From Felis catus (Eukaryota): a DNA stretch of 64,000 nt. This document shows positions 62,155 to 64,000 of the stretch, piece by piece. The stretch covers positions 236,594,001 to 236,658,000 of the forward strand of contig NC_058368.1 in assembly GCF_018350175.1 (NCBI RefSeq), in the 5' to 3' direction. The notes below the pieces were generated by a model. It was not told the origin of the DNA and did no database searches. It saw only the letters and a program-made list of their open reading frames with translations. The position numbers and the translations under genes are program-made. Every line of letters begins with the position of its first letter. Position 1 is the first letter of the stretch.

Positions 62155-63404
62155 TTGCAAACTACACATTTTATCATTTGAACTTTTTCATGAGGAAAAA
62201 GCAATAAACAGCATCCATTTGTGCTATGTTGACACTAGCAAAGATCATTCCAAAATCATCTGGGAATCACCACCGGCATTATTTGGCATTCCCACAGTAA
62301 CAGGGAGGAGGAAATAGTGGTCAGCACACAGTCTGCAGAGCCATCCACTTGTGATTAGGTCCTAGTATCATCTCTTCCAAGCCTACCAGCCTCCAACCAC
62401 TTTGGATACAGCAATTTTAGTGCCTACTCATGCACAGGGGGTATGACAAGAGAATCCATACCATCGGATAATGAACATTGAGCAAGCTCTCTGTGTATGT
62501 AAGATAGTTAGCCCAGCATCTAGCACAGAGTACAAGGTTAAGAAACATTTGTTACTGCTATTATCATTCACTGTCAATTACTGCATTTAACACGTCTCAA
62601 TAGCTGGCAAAGTGCCTTATTTGATGAGGCAAATTATCCAGCAAAAAGAAATTATGGCCACAATGTAAGTTGATGCAATTTAATGAAATTAAGAAGCAAC
62701 GACCTTACGTTTGGTCTTAAATGTGCTCACGTGGCTTAGTGGAAAGAGCACTGTGTTATACCTTGTACTTCACATTTGTGGTTATTTTTGTGAGTCTTTT
62801 CGTTAGTGCCACCGTCGAGGAAATGTTTTTACTGGTAAAGCAAGTAAAAGAACACGTTGACCCCAGATTGTTGGGAGCCTCACTAACGTAACGTTTCTGA
62901 ATGCAACTGGAAAAGTAAAGGACAATGCTAATGCTAAGGGACGTCATATTTCGACATGAATCTCACCACACTGAAGATGCTGTGGCTGAACTTTCCTAGT
63001 ATCCCCAGTGATTTAACACTGAGCCATTGTCCCAGGAATTTGATTCTTTTCCTGGACAGAAGAAAACCACGATTTGCTAGTTTTAGATATGAGGATAAAT
63101 ATACTTACTCTTTGAGCTTTTGTATAAGCTCCCAGGGAACATCAAACAGTAATCTGAATCTAAAAAGTATAAGACAAGCTGGACAAGAATCATCTTTGAA
63201 AGATTGACCCTTTGGGAGCCAGCTGGGCAAAAGCGTTGGGATTAAGGTTCAAACTGTGTTTAGCCCCTTGTGTGATAGGTCAGTAAGTCAATTTAGTCAT
63301 AAATATGCTTGTATTTTTCTCAGTTAATGTCCCAGATGGATGACAGCAAAGGAATGTATGTGCCTCTCTACATATATCTGTATCTAGACAGTTAGGTGGC
63401 TAGA

Positions 63405-63429
63405 ATAGAGATGGGTGGATGGATGGAAG

Positions 63430-63466
<37 letters not shown>

Positions 63467-63830
63467 CAGATGGATAGATAATAGATGGATAGATGATAGA
63501 TGGATAGGTGATGGATGGATGGATAGATAGATGACAGTGAATAGATGGATGGATGGATGGATAGATAGATGATAAATGGATGGATGGATGGATGGATACA
63601 AACATGATAAATAGATGAGTGGATGGGTGGATGGATGGACGGATAGATAATAGATGTATAGATAGATGATAGAAGAATAGATACATGAATGATAGTTGAT
63701 GGATGGATAGATAGGATACATGATAAACAATGGATAGATGGATAGATATAGATGGATAGGTAGATAATAGGTGGATAGATAAATGATTGATAGATAGATA
63801 AATGAAAGATTATAGATGGATAGATAAATG

Positions 63831-63878
<48 letters not shown>
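63405..63878. repeat. Complex (GATA)n/(GGAT)n tetranucleotide array
   Basis: Pure (GATA)9 at 63430-63465 and (GATA)12 at 63831-63878 bracket a degenerate GATG/GATA core. Confidence 0.95.
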
Positions 63879-64000
63879 TTGAGTCCAAAGTGTTGGTGGA
63901 ACAGTGACTTCTAAGAAGTCTCATTTCTACTTTTCTTCTGAGCATAATAAATGCTGTGGATGTGAACTGTTGTCAAGCCAATCTGAATTTGTTGTGTAAT

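Noticed and set aside
63384..63945. I/Y/L/S/H/P-rich ORFs
   Set aside because: Translation of the (TATC/TCCA)n repeat.

Overview
Mammalian genomic DNA, almost certainly from a felid or other feliform carnivore: it carries 11 tRNA-derived Can-SINEs with the feline-type body (...GACAGCTCAGAGCCTGGAGCCTGCTTCGGATTCTGTGTCTCCC...). I find no credible protein-coding exon or structural RNA gene. The long ORFs in the track come from low-complexity repeats, GC-rich sequence or decayed transposons. The window reads as intergenic (gene desert) or deep intronic sequence. It contains decayed L1 and L2 LINEs, MIRs, solo LTRs (MER21-like, MLT1), hAT DNA transposon relics, microsatellites and two ~0.6 kb polypyrimidine tandem arrays. 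The most notable element is an orphan CpG island (~44.3-45.35 kb) that runs into a dense cluster of GATA, RBPJ, TCF/LEF, RUNX and E-box motifs, so it looks like a distal developmental or lymphoid enhancer. Several repeat-free, homeodomain-motif-rich blocks are candidate conserved non-coding elements. Other structural oddities are a SINE trimer under a single target-site duplication, two short tandem duplications that double TF motifs, and a strong CpG contrast between LTRs of similar age. Repeat subfamily names come from recognising consensus-like sequence by eye, and boundaries are approximate. I see no evidence of a novel coding system.
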